Positions 1-8,566 of a DNA stretch of 64,000 nt are shown piece by piece (within the stretch, counting starts at the first letter, position 1; every line of letters starts with the position of its first letter). Source of the stretch: an uncultured delta proteobacterium (GTDB lineage: Bacteria; Myxococcota_A; Polyangia; Polyangiales; Polyangiaceae); NCBI GenBank assembly GCA_963716725.1, contig CAVQUB010000032.1, forward strand, positions 64,001 to 128,000, read 5' to 3'. The position numbers were made by a program, and so were the translations under genes. Below the pieces are notes generated by a model. It had not been told where the DNA came from. It searched no databases and was given only the letters and a program-made list of their open reading frames with translations.

Positions 1-726
1 TGCGACGTGGGCCAGCTGCCATCGGATCCATCGATGGCCGCCCGACTTCAACGCGAGCCGCCGCTCGCCGCCCTCGCCTACGAGATCGCGCCCCGGTTGC
101 CCGAGCATCTCTTCCCGCGACAAGCCCGTGACCTCTTCGAGCCTGCGGTTCCAGACCTGGATCTCGCCCTCGGCGCCCAGGGCCATCACCAGCGCTGGGA
201 CGGCCTCCACGAGCTCGCGGTGGCGGGATTCGGATTCTTCCAGCGTGGCCGCGCGTTCGGCGCCGCGCACGCTCTTCGACAGTTGGTCGTGGTAGGCGTC
301 GAGCAGGACGGCGAGCTCGAGATCCACGAGCGCGCGAATCGCGGACTCTCCGGCTGTGAACCTGCCTGGCTCGCGGAGCCACACCCGGCGAACCAGCTGG
401 ATCAGGCCGGCGCGAAGTCGAGTGGTCGCGACCAACAACGAACAAGCGGGAAGCCCCAAGCGCACGTACATACTGCCGACGCGCTCGAGGCCTTCGATCC
501 AAGCGTGGTCGTGTGGGCCCGAGAGCGACGTCGCGAGCTGAGCTTCCAGCGCGAGCTCGACGCGATTGGGGTCGACCACCGCGTTTCGCACGATTGTTTC
601 GTGGAATTCTTCCGCGAGGCGGCGAAGCTCCGGAGTGGCGAGGGGCGCGAGCTCCGCCAAGGTGCCCTCGGCGGCGGCATCGAAGCCGACGCAGCGTCGA
701 ATCCGCTCGAAGTCAGCTGGTTCCAT
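1..726 (-). CDS. Globin-coupled sensor (protoglobin domain + PAS), probably a histidine kinase; runs off the left edge of the window
   Basis: Not in ORF track. Manual translation from ATG 726: MEPADFERIRRCVGFD...RLAEEFHETI...GPHDHAWIEGLERVGSMYVRLGLP...VDLELAVLLDAYHDQL, then PAS-like ELVEAVPALVMALGAEGEIQVWNRRLEEVTGLSREEMLGQ. Pattern matches Anaeromyxobacter-type globin-coupled kinases. Confidence 0.85.
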   Translation of the reverse strand, partial: MEPADFERIRRCVGFDAAAEGTLAELAPLATPELRRLAEEFHETIVRNAVVDPNRVELALEAQLATSLSGPHDHAWIEGLERVGSMYVRLGLPACSLLVATTRLRAGLIQLVRRVWLREPGRFTAGESAIRALVDLELAVLLDAYHDQLSKSVRGAERAATLEESESRHRELVEAVPALVMALGAEGEIQVWNRRLEEVTGLSREEMLGQPGRDLVGEGGERRLALKSGGHRWIRWQLAHVA

Positions 727-769
727 CTACGGTCTCGGCAACCCGCGGGCTCTGCTCGCGCGGGTCGCG

Positions 770-1234
770 TCAGGCCTCGGTCTCGGCGGTGCGCACCGTG
801 AGTACCGGACACGACGCGCGTCGCACGACCTTCTCGGCAACGCTGCCCAGGAGCAAGTGCGCAAACCCGCTGCGTCCGTGCGTTCCCATCGCGATCAGGT
901 CGTAGCCATCGCTATCGGCGAGGGTCACGATGGTATGCGATGGGTCTCCTTGCTCGACGCGCGTGTTTGCGATCTCGATGCCGTCCTCGCGCGCCTGAGC
1001 AACGAACTCTCGCATCGCTGCCTGGGCCTGATCGCTAGCGAGCTGTGCGAGTGTCTGCGTCGTGCCCGCCGCCCCGACCATCGCTTCCGGCGCGATGAAG
1101 GCCGGTGCCTCCCACACGTAGAGCAGGTCGATGGTGGCGTTGAAGCTCTTGGCCAACATGGCCGCGTGCTCGAGGGCTGATCGCGAGCAGGCCGAGTAGT
1201 CGACGGGAACCAGGATGCGGCGCAGGTTGTTCAT
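770..1234 (-). CDS. Universal stress protein (UspA family)
   Basis: [11 protein letters not shown]-terminus; [12 protein letters not shown]...[19 protein letters not shown]. Confidence 0.95.
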   Translation of the reverse strand: MNNLRRILVPVDYSACSRSALEHAAMLAKSFNATIDLLYVWEAPAFIAPEAMVGAAGTTQTLAQLASDQAQAAMREFVAQAREDGIEIANTRVEQGDPSHTIVTLADSDGYDLIAMGTHGRSGFAHLLLGSVAEKVVRRASCPVLTVRTAETEA

Positions 1235-1740
1235 TTGGGATCTCCTTTGAGCGAGGCGTGTTCGTCTGAGCCGTCGCGCTCACCAGGCTCGGTCATCGGT
1301 ATCACCAGCACGGGGCAGGGTGCGAGCCTGACCACGCGTTCCGCCACGCTCCCCAGCACGACGCGTCGCGCCCCGGTGCGGCCGTGGGTCCCAAGCACCA
1401 GCAGATCGACGCCGGAAACCTTCGCTCGCTGCAGGATTACGCCGGAGGCGTCGCCGACCTCGTAGCTCACCGTGACCATCGCGCGGTCCTCGGCCGAGAG
1501 AGGCGCCAGGAACCGCTCGACCTGGGCCTTGGCTTGATCCTCGGCCAGCTCCCAGAGGGGCCGCGGGCCGACCGCAGCCCAGACCAGGATGCTCGGCTGG
1601 ACGTAGGCGGGCACGCTGTGGACGTGCAGCACCTCGAGCGTCGCCGCGAACCGACGCGCCAGGGACAGCGCCGTGAGCAAGGCCGCCCGCGAAGGATCCG
1701 ATGTGTCGATGGGGCAGAGGATGCGACGATAGCCGGTCAC
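1231..1740 (-). CDS. Universal stress protein (UspA family)
   Basis: YRRILCPID...[12 protein letters not shown]...[19 protein letters not shown]; start set at GTG 1740, overlapping the upstream TGA. Confidence 0.93.
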   Translation of the reverse strand: MTGYRRILCPIDTSDPSRAALLTALSLARRFAATLEVLHVHSVPAYVQPSILVWAAVGPRPLWELAEDQAKAQVERFLAPLSAEDRAMVTVSYEVGDASGVILQRAKVSGVDLLVLGTHGRTGARRVVLGSVAERVVRLAPCPVLVIPMTEPGERDGSDEHASLKGDPK

Positions 1741-2330
1741 GGGGATCTCTCTCGAGCAAGTCTCATGCCGCTCAGGGGCGGTGGTCGGGGACGGCGTAGC
1801 CCTCGGATTCGAGCCAGCCACCGCAACACGTCGAGGGAGCTCAAGATCCCCACCACCTTGCCCGCCTCCGAGACGACAGGAACGCGGTGGACGCCTTCGA
1901 GGGCCATCAGGGCCGAAGCGCGCGCGATGGAGGCGCTAGAAGGCATGGTGAACGCGAGGGGAGTCATCACGTCACGCACGGTCGCGTCCCTGAATTGCTC
2001 GACGTGCATTCCCCGGTCGAGCCGGGCCTGGATCCCGCCGCTGCTCACGGCCGGGCTGCTCCGCTCCAGCGTGTCTCCGCGATCGGCGAAGTCTCGGAGC
2101 AGATCGGTCTTGGACACGACGCCAAGGGCGCGACCCGAGGCGTCCACCACTGGCGCTCCGCTGATCCCACGTTCTAGAAACAAAGCTAGCAGCGCCTCGA
2201 TGCTCAGGTCCGGCGACACCGAGACGACGTGGTGAGTCATCACCTCGGAGACGGGGGTGGTATCGGCTGGACCGGCCTCCTGACCTGCCGGGCGCTGAGC
2301 GGCGCCGACGGATTCCAATTTGGAACTCAT
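1737..2330 (-). CDS. Tandem CBS-domain protein
   Basis: VSEVMT...ISGAPVVD...GVVSKTDL; VRDVMT...VHRVPVV...GILSSLDVL; GAGAGG RBS before ATG 2330. Confidence 0.9.
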   Translation of the reverse strand: MSSKLESVGAAQRPAGQEAGPADTTPVSEVMTHHVVSVSPDLSIEALLALFLERGISGAPVVDASGRALGVVSKTDLLRDFADRGDTLERSSPAVSSGGIQARLDRGMHVEQFRDATVRDVMTPLAFTMPSSASIARASALMALEGVHRVPVVSEAGKVVGILSSLDVLRWLARIRGLRRPRPPPLSGMRLARERSP

Positions 2331-2344
2331 GATGTCATCCTCTC

Positions 2345-2388
2345 GCGCACTGCCTGCGCCGCCAGAGCAACCAGCGCACCCATTGCGC
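2345..2388. promoter_or_regulatory. Paired palindromes GCGCA-N5-TGCGC (putative sigma-54 activator binding sites)
   Basis: GCGCACTGCCTGCGC at 2345-2359 and GCGCACCCATTGCGC at 2374-2388, 29 bp apart. Confidence 0.7.
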
Positions 2389-2423
2389 AGGTCTGCTTCG
2401 ACGCCGTCGGCGAAGGCCCGAAT

Positions 2424-2439
2424 TGCAAGTGTCGAACCA
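2424..2439 (-). promoter_or_regulatory. Sigma-54 -24/-12 promoter for the CBS-USP-USP-globin sensor operon
   Basis: Minus strand TGGTTCGACACTTGCA (GG-N10-GC). Confidence 0.7.
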
Positions 2440-2455
2440 GGGCATGTACGTTGCA
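2440..2455 (+). promoter_or_regulatory. Sigma-54 -24/-12 promoter for the CBS gene at 2501
   Basis: GGGCATGTACGTTGCA (GG-N10-GC), back-to-back with the divergent promoter. Confidence 0.7.
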
Positions 2456-2500
2456 TCGTATCAGCGCTAGAACCGCGCACGGAAGAGAGGATTTCGAGCA

Positions 2501-2917
2501 ATGGTCGTCCAAGAAGTCATGACCGAGGATCCGATCACCGCACAGTCCAGCACCGCCATCGGGACAGTGTTGAACACTCTCTTCGAGAGCGACGTCAGGC
2601 ACCTGCCCATCGTCGACGGCGATCAGCTCGTTGGTATCGTGAGTGATCGCGACCTGCGCGCATTCCTTGCCCCGTCAATGCTCGAGTTCGAAAAGCCCGA
2701 GGACGTGCGCAAGCGCCTGGCTCAGCCGGTGTCCACCGTGATGAACGCGGACGTGGTGAGCGTCACTCCCGAGACGGACTTGTCCGAGGTCATCGAGATG
2801 ATGATCGATCAGAAAGTCGGCGCCGTACCCGTCGTGCAGCCGGGAACCGACGAGCTGGTGGGCATCGTCAGCTACATCGACGTACTTCGGGCGGCCCAAG
2901 ACCTCTTCGAAGAGTGA
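2501..2917 (+). CDS. Tandem CBS-domain protein
   Basis: VQEVMT...VRHLPIVD...GIVSDRDL; VSTVMN...VGAVPVV...GIVSYIDVL. Confidence 0.93.
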   Translation: MVVQEVMTEDPITAQSSTAIGTVLNTLFESDVRHLPIVDGDQLVGIVSDRDLRAFLAPSMLEFEKPEDVRKRLAQPVSTVMNADVVSVTPETDLSEVIEMMIDQKVGAVPVVQPGTDELVGIVSYIDVLRAAQDLFEE

Positions 2918-2939
2918 TCCGGGCGTGCGGTCGCGCCGC

Positions 2940-3893
2940 TCACGCGGCCGGCCACGCGATGCGATGCTGCGGCTCGTAGCCCAGTTGGTCGCGAGCGCGG
3001 CGACCGTCGAGCACGGCGCTGAAATGGAAGCGCCGATGGTTGAGATCGTAGCGGAAGTCCATTCCGAGCGCGTTTGCGCGCAGGGCGTAGAGCGGTGCCA
3101 GTAACGGTCCCGGCACCGGGACCTCGAGCCGACCCCAGAGTCGGATCGCGGACGAGAGCGGTAGGACGTCGGCGCCAGGGACGTTGAACACGCCGTTGGT
3201 CCGGCCGCTCGCGGCGAGCACGAGCGCCCGGGTGGCGTCCTCGAGCGAGAGCAGGTTCAGCATGGGGTCGAAGCCGAGGGGCCGAAAGCACACTCTCGAG
3301 GAGAGGTAGTCGTGAAGCTGGCTGCCGACGTTCGCGGCCAGGATTTCCGCGCAGCGGAGCACCACCACTTCCAGTCGCGACATGCCCATGCGTGTGCACA
3401 CCGTCAGGTCTGCCTCCACGCGATCTCTCACTTTCTGCGGCGCGCTCGGGGAGAGATCGAGCGGGTCGTCTTCGACGAGCAGCGTGGAACGGCGCGGGTC
3501 CAGGCGGTAGACGGCGCCGGCGCTTCTAAACACGAAACGCCGGATGCTGGGGTGGCGCTCGGCCAAAGCCAGGAGCTGGCGGGTACACTCGACGTTCAAA
3601 GCGTGAACGCGGGCGCCCTCGGCGCGAGCGCGTCGGTGCAGCGCGTTGTGAATGATCACCTCGATCCCGAGCTCCCGCGCGTCCGCGAAGAGGAGGTCGT
3701 GAAGCTCCCTCGAGCGCGTCAGATCCACCTGTCGATAGCGGTAGCGCGCCGAGGCCTGGCCCCCCAGCGGCATCGGATCGGGCTCGGCGCCGACGGCGAG
3801 CACCAGCTCGGTAGCCGGGTCGGCCAGCAGCGCGCCGATCAGCTGACCGCCGAGGGGCGTCGTCGCGCCCGTGACCAACACCCTCATCGTCAC
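2940..3893 (-). CDS. NAD-dependent epimerase/dehydratase family protein (atypical extended SDR)
   Basis: MRVLVTGATTPLG Rossmann start; NVECT, FVFRSAGAVY, GVFNV; canonical YxxxK not evident. Confidence 0.85.
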   Translation of the reverse strand: MTMRVLVTGATTPLGGQLIGALLADPATELVLAVGAEPDPMPLGGQASARYRYRQVDLTRSRELHDLLFADARELGIEVIIHNALHRRARAEGARVHALNVECTRQLLALAERHPSIRRFVFRSAGAVYRLDPRRSTLLVEDDPLDLSPSAPQKVRDRVEADLTVCTRMGMSRLEVVVLRCAEILAANVGSQLHDYLSSRVCFRPLGFDPMLNLLSLEDATRALVLAASGRTNGVFNVPGADVLPLSSAIRLWGRLEVPVPGPLLAPLYALRANALGMDFRYDLNHRRFHFSAVLDGRRARDQLGYEPQHRIAWPAA

Positions 3894-4726
3894 CAGAGTC
3901 CCTCCCTCTGGGCGAGTCCACGGGAGATGAGCGTCTGGACGGACTCCTTGACCACGCGCGCTGCGTCCCGCACCGCGGTCGGATCGTCGGCATCGCCGAA
4001 ACGCTCCGACAGTAACAGTGGCTCGCCGTAGTGCAGGTGGAGACGCACGGGCAGGGGCAGCGGGGTGGCGGGAATGGGCAAGAACGGTGCGCCGAAGGCG
4101 TGAAACGAGTCGATGCGTCCGATCCCGGGCCAGGCTTCCTCGGCGCCCACCACGGCCACCGGGATCACCGGCACGCGATGACGGAGCGCGAGCTCGGCGT
4201 GGCCGACTCGCCAGTCCTGGAGCTCGTAGCGCTTGCGAAACCCCTTGCCGATGCCGGGCACGCCCTCGGGGAACACCAGCACGAGTTCACCGGTCTCGAG
4301 CAAATGGCGGAAGTTCCCAGCGCTCCCGGCCACGACGCCCAGCCGGCTGAAGGTCGTGCCCACCCAGGGCAGGAGCGGGATGAAGATGTCGCCGATGACG
4401 CGGGCGACTCGCGGCGGCGATGTGCGGCGGGCCACGTCTGCCACGATCATGGCGCCGTCGATCGGCAAGAGGCCGCCGTGGTTGGCCGCCAGGATCGCGG
4501 CACCGGTCTTCGGCAGGTGCTCGGCGCCGTAGCTGACCACTCGGAAGTAGCGTTCGTAAGCGAAGCGCAGGACCCCGAGCGCGGTGGAGAAAGCCGTGGG
4601 ATCGAAGCCCAGGACGTCGAACCCGTGGCCCGCGTCGTTGAAGGCGAGCCGTCGCAGAGCGTCGCGCTGTCCCTGGTCGAGCAAGGCGCGAGAGAGCGAT
4701 TGGTGGATACGGCGGCGGAGAGACAT
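3890..4726 (-). CDS. Lysophospholipid acyltransferase (PlsC/DGAT-like)
   Basis: ANHGGLLPIDG (NHxxxxxD), VFPEG, VPVIPVAVVG; start at ATG 4726. Confidence 0.9.
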   Translation of the reverse strand: MSLRRRIHQSLSRALLDQGQRDALRRLAFNDAGHGFDVLGFDPTAFSTALGVLRFAYERYFRVVSYGAEHLPKTGAAILAANHGGLLPIDGAMIVADVARRTSPPRVARVIGDIFIPLLPWVGTTFSRLGVVAGSAGNFRHLLETGELVLVFPEGVPGIGKGFRKRYELQDWRVGHAELALRHRVPVIPVAVVGAEEAWPGIGRIDSFHAFGAPFLPIPATPLPLPVRLHLHYGEPLLLSERFGDADDPTAVRDAARVVKESVQTLISRGLAQREGLW

Positions 4727-4731
4727 GGAAG

Positions 4732-5565
4732 CTAGAACCGCGGCCCTGCCGGGCTGGTCAGCAGCAAGCTGCAAGGTGCCGAGCGGAGCAGGCGCTCGGC
4801 GGTCCCACCGAGGAACACCCTTCGGAGGCCGGCAAGTCCGGTGCGACCGAGGATCAGCAGATCTGTCCCCTCTTTCGCCGCCAGCTGTCGAAGGGCTTCG
4901 TCCGCTCGGCCCGACGCGCTGCGGAGCGAGCCGAGCAGGTTCGAGCAACAGGTGCTTTCCACGAACTCGTTGACCTGCTCCAGGCGCGCGTCGAGGTCTG
5001 CCCGCTCGTCGGGGCGGGCCGTGAGCATGGGGTCTTCGACGACGTGCACCACCGTGGGGGTCGCAGCAAACCGCTCGCAGAAGTCCGACGCGAAGACCAA
5101 CGCCTCACGCGATGCGGCGGATCGATCGACCGCTACCATCACGCGGGCCAGGCCGGGCTCGCGCCTTGGACGGCTAATCCAGACCGGCTGCCGGGCAAAG
5201 CGTCCGACGGTTGCGGCCGTGGCGCCGGTGCCGGCGTCGCCGCTGGCGCGGTCTCCGGCCCCAATCACGATCAGGCTCGAGTCGAGGGCCTCTGCGGTGT
5301 GGATCAGGGCTTCGGCAGCGCTGCCCTGGGTCACCCGTTCTTCGCCCACGCTCGCTCCCGCGGCGAGTAGCGCCTCGCGCCAAACCGCGAGTTCGCGCCG
5401 TGAGCGAGCATCGTCATCGGAGCTCGTCCTCGGATAGGGCGGGTGCACATGCACGACGTCCACCGGCACCGAATACGCTCGCGACAGCATTGCCGAGTCG
5501 AAGCGAGCCAACTCGGCGGCCTTGCCGAAATCGGTGGCGAGGAGGATTCGAAGCAGTCCGGCCAT
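4732..5565 (-). CDS. Tandem-domain universal stress protein
   Basis: RILLATDF...LIVIG; RVMVAVD...DLLILGRTG...LGGTAERLLRSAPCSLL. Confidence 0.9.
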   Translation of the reverse strand: MAGLLRILLATDFGKAAELARFDSAMLSRAYSVPVDVVHVHPPYPRTSSDDDARSRRELAVWREALLAAGASVGEERVTQGSAAEALIHTAEALDSSLIVIGAGDRASGDAGTGATAATVGRFARQPVWISRPRREPGLARVMVAVDRSAASREALVFASDFCERFAATPTVVHVVEDPMLTARPDERADLDARLEQVNEFVESTCCSNLLGSLRSASGRADEALRQLAAKEGTDLLILGRTGLAGLRRVFLGGTAERLLRSAPCSLLLTSPAGPRF

Positions 5566-5579
5566 GGACAATCGACCTT

Positions 5580-5595
5580 AGCAAGGCATACGCCA
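5580..5595 (-). promoter_or_regulatory. Sigma-54 promoter for the USP-acyltransferase-epimerase operon
   Basis: Minus strand TGGCGTATGCCTTGCT (GG-N10-GC). Confidence 0.65.
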
Positions 5596-5636
5596 CTCGG
5601 ACTCGAGGGGAATCGCCTTCGAAGCGGCGTTGGTCC

Positions 5637-5682
5637 CCGCATCGGTTTCCGGCTGGGCGCTCGTCTCCCGCAAAGATTACCG
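5637..5682. promoter_or_regulatory. Paired degenerate activator sites
   Basis: CCGCATCGGTTTCCG (5637-5651) and CCGCAAAGATTACCG (5668-5682), 31 bp apart; the first differs by 1 nt from the site at 22412. Confidence 0.5.
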
Positions 5683-5712
5683 CCCCTTGCCCCCGATGAG
5701 CGCGCCGGGCGA

Positions 5713-5728
5713 TGGCAAGCGTCTCGCA
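5713..5728 (+). promoter_or_regulatory. Possible sigma-54 promoter for the His-motif lipoprotein
   Basis: TGGCAAGCGTCTCGCA (GG-N10-GC). Confidence 0.5.
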
Positions 5729-5767
5729 ACACTGTATCGTGTCGGTCCTACGTTGCGGAGGCACACT

Positions 5768-6109
5768 ATGTCGAGTTGGATGCGGGGTTCTGTGGTCGCG
5801 GTCGCGGTCGTGGTTGGCGTTGCCGCGCTGGCGGTGGGCTGTGACAAGGGTGAGGGCGCCGCCGGAACCAAATGCGGAAACGGCGCTCAGGCGGAGCTCA
5901 CGGGCAACCACGGCCATGCCGTCGAGATCAGCGCCGATCAGATCAAGCGTGGCATGGGTGGCGGGCTGGGCGTGAAGGGTGGGGACCACGAGCACGCGAT
6001 CATGCTCAAAGACGAGGACATGAAGAAGCTGCAGGCGGGAGAGAAGGTGTCGACGCGCACCAGCAGCGTGAACGGTCACATGCACGAGGTGACCATCAGC
6101 TGCAAATAG
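5768..6109 (+). CDS. Small lipoprotein with three HxH motifs (putative metal-binding)
   Basis: GGAGG RBS; lipobox LAVG-C; NHGH, DHEH, GHMH. Confidence 0.8.
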   Translation: MSSWMRGSVVAVAVVVGVAALAVGCDKGEGAAGTKCGNGAQAELTGNHGHAVEISADQIKRGMGGGLGVKGGDHEHAIMLKDEDMKKLQAGEKVSTRTSSVNGHMHEVTISCK

Positions 6110-6116
6110 CCCCGGG

Positions 6117-7175
6117 TCAGCAGATCCGTGGCAGCTGTTCGCCGCTCTGAAGCCTCAGCGGGCGCATCGCGCCGAGGGGGCCCCGGGCGGACACCGAGCC
6201 GCGCGTGCCGCGCATCTTCGTCACGGTGCCGATGCGGACCGCCGCGGACGAGACGGAGTGCGCGCGCAGTGCGGCCAGGCATGCCGCCTCGTCGGCCGCC
6301 GGGACGATGGCCACCATTCGGCCCTCGTTCGCGACGTAGAGCGGATCGAGCCCGAATAGCTCGCACGCCCCCCGGACGGCGTCGTGCACCGGCACCAGGC
6401 CCTCGTCGATCTCCATGTCCACGCTCGAGTCCAAGCAGAGCTCCGCCAAAGCCGAGGCCAAGCCCCCGCGGGTCAGATCGCGCAGGCAGTGCAGGTCGAC
6501 TTTGGCCTCCAGGAGCGCGCGCACGGGATCGACGAGGGGAGCGCAATCGCTCTGGAGGGTGCTCCCGAGCTCGAGTCCGGCGCGCACGCCCATGACCGCG
6601 ATTCCATGGCGGCCGACGTCACCGCTCGCGATCACGGCGTCCCCAGCCTGAATGCGCCCGGGCCGCACGTCCACGGTGTCGCGGACCCAGCCGACGCCCG
6701 CGGTGTTGATGTAGACTCCGTGCCCTCGACCGCGGTCGACCACCTTCGTGTCTCCAGTGACGATGGCGACGCGGCATTCCGCAGCAGCGTCGGCCATCGA
6801 CTGCACGACCCGCCGCAGGCTGTCGAGGGGGAAGCCCTCCTCGAGCACGAATCCCGCGCTCAGATACGCGGGTTCGGCCCCCGCCATGCAGAGGTCGTTC
6901 ACGGTGCCGCACACCGCGAGCGTGCCGATGTCCCCTCCGGGAAAGAAGATGGGGTCCACGACGTAGCTGTCGGTGGTCATGGCGAGTCGGGCGGCGCCCA
7001 CCGGGAGCACGGCGGAATCGTGGCGCGCCACCGGCGCGGAGGAGTCGAAGGCGGGACCGAAGACCTGCTCGATCAGGTCGCGCATCAGCCGGCCACCACC
7101 ACCATGTGCGAGCTGCACGGTGTCGTGACGGAGCGGGGAGGCCGGACAGCTCGGCGAGAAGGGTTCGCGGCTCAT
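6117..7175 (-). CDS. hypE: Hydrogenase maturation protein HypE
   Basis: [33 protein letters not shown]-terminal GEQLPRIC. Confidence 0.97.
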   Translation of the reverse strand: MSREPFSPSCPASPLRHDTVQLAHGGGGRLMRDLIEQVFGPAFDSSAPVARHDSAVLPVGAARLAMTTDSYVVDPIFFPGGDIGTLAVCGTVNDLCMAGAEPAYLSAGFVLEEGFPLDSLRRVVQSMADAAAECRVAIVTGDTKVVDRGRGHGVYINTAGVGWVRDTVDVRPGRIQAGDAVIASGDVGRHGIAVMGVRAGLELGSTLQSDCAPLVDPVRALLEAKVDLHCLRDLTRGGLASALAELCLDSSVDMEIDEGLVPVHDAVRGACELFGLDPLYVANEGRMVAIVPAADEAACLAALRAHSVSSAAVRIGTVTKMRGTRGSVSARGPLGAMRPLRLQSGEQLPRIC

Positions 7176-8263
7176 GTCGCCGGCCGCCGATACGCGTAGT
7201 ACGCAGCACACGCGCCCTCGCTCGAGACCATGGTCGCACCCAGGGGGTGCTCGGGAGTGCAGCGCGTGCCGAACGCGGGGCAGTCGGTGGGCTTCTCCAC
7301 CCCGCGCAGAATCCGCCCGCTCCGGCACTCCGCCGGCTCTTCTGCTCGCACGCTGCCCACGTCGAAGCGGCGCTCCGCATCCAAGGCCAGGTATTCCGCG
7401 CGGAGGCCCAGCCCGCTCGCAGGGATTTCGCCGATGCCGCGCCACTTTCGCGGGACCACCTCGAACACGGAGTCGACCATCCGACGCGCATCGGCGTTGC
7501 CGTGCTCGGCGACCGAGCGCGCATACTGATTTTCGACCTCGTGGCGCCCGCTCTCGAGTTGCTCGACGCACATCAAGATGCCCTGGAGTAAATCGAGGGG
7601 TTCGAAACCCGTGGCGACGATGGGAACGCGGAAACGCTCGGCGATGGGCCGGTACTCGTCGAGGCCCATCACCGTGCACACGTGTCCGGCGGCGATGAAC
7701 GCATCGACCGTTGCCTCGGCGTCCGACAGGATGGCCAAGAGCGCGGGAGGCACCAGCACGTGGGACACCAGGAGCGAAAAGTTCGCCAGCCCTTCGCGCT
7801 TGGCGAGATGGGCGCACATGGCGATGGCCGGCGCGGTGGTCTCGAAGCCAACGGCGAAAAACACGACCTCTCGCTGGGGGTTTTCCCGGGCGACGCCCAA
7901 GGCGTCGAGGGGGGAGTAGACCACTCGGACGTCGGCTCCGCGGCTCTTGGCCCCGAACAAGTCGGAGGTCGAGCCGGGGACCCGGAGCATGTCGCCGAAG
8001 GAGCACAGGATCACGCCGGGCTTTTCGGCGATGGCGATCGCGCGCTCGATCATCTCCAGCGGCGTGACGCAGACCGGGCACCCGGGCCCGTGGATCAGTG
8101 TCACGCGATCCGGGAGCAGCTGATCGATGCCGAAGCGCACGATGGAGTGCGTCTGGCCTCCGCAGACTTCCATGATGCGCCAGGGGCGGGTCACCGTCGT
8201 TGCGATGGTTTCGGCGCAGCGTTGCGCCAGGGCGGGGTCTCGGAACTCGTCGATGAGCTTCAT
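7172..8263 (-). CDS. hypD: Hydrogenase maturation protein HypD
   Basis: [37 protein letters not shown]. Confidence 0.98.
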   Translation of the reverse strand: MKLIDEFRDPALAQRCAETIATTVTRPWRIMEVCGGQTHSIVRFGIDQLLPDRVTLIHGPGCPVCVTPLEMIERAIAIAEKPGVILCSFGDMLRVPGSTSDLFGAKSRGADVRVVYSPLDALGVARENPQREVVFFAVGFETTAPAIAMCAHLAKREGLANFSLLVSHVLVPPALLAILSDAEATVDAFIAAGHVCTVMGLDEYRPIAERFRVPIVATGFEPLDLLQGILMCVEQLESGRHEVENQYARSVAEHGNADARRMVDSVFEVVPRKWRGIGEIPASGLGLRAEYLALDAERRFDVGSVRAEEPAECRSGRILRGVEKPTDCPAFGTRCTPEHPLGATMVSSEGACAAYYAYRRPAT

Positions 8264-8499
8264 GGATCGAGCTCCGCGAGGTTGCCCAGAGCCGCGAGGT
8301 GCTCGAGCGTTCGGCGGGCTTCTTCTTGGTTGACGACGCTGATGGCGAAGCCGACGTGAACGATGACGTAGTCGCCGACCTTCACCTCTGGCACGTAGGC
8401 CAGGCAGACCTCCTTCTCGATCCCGCCGAAGGCCACGCGTCCGGACGCAAGCGTGCCGGGGACGACGCTCAGGACCTTTCCCGGGATGCCAAGGCACAT
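8260..8499 (-). CDS. hypC: Hydrogenase chaperone HypC
   Basis: MCLGIPG...[13 protein letters not shown]. Confidence 0.97.
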   Translation of the reverse strand: MCLGIPGKVLSVVPGTLASGRVAFGGIEKEVCLAYVPEVKVGDYVIVHVGFAISVVNQEEARRTLEHLAALGNLAELDP

Positions 8500-8566
8500 A
8501 CGCTCCGGATAGCAGAGCTCCGGAGAAATGACACGGGCTCGGGCCCGAGCGCCGAGAGCCTTGGCC

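Noticed and set aside
7..801. 264-aa plus-strand ORF
   Set aside because: Antisense shadow of the globin-coupled sensor
6117..8081. 654-aa HypE with long N-terminal extension
   Set aside because: Extension is an alternative frame of hypD; real start is 7175
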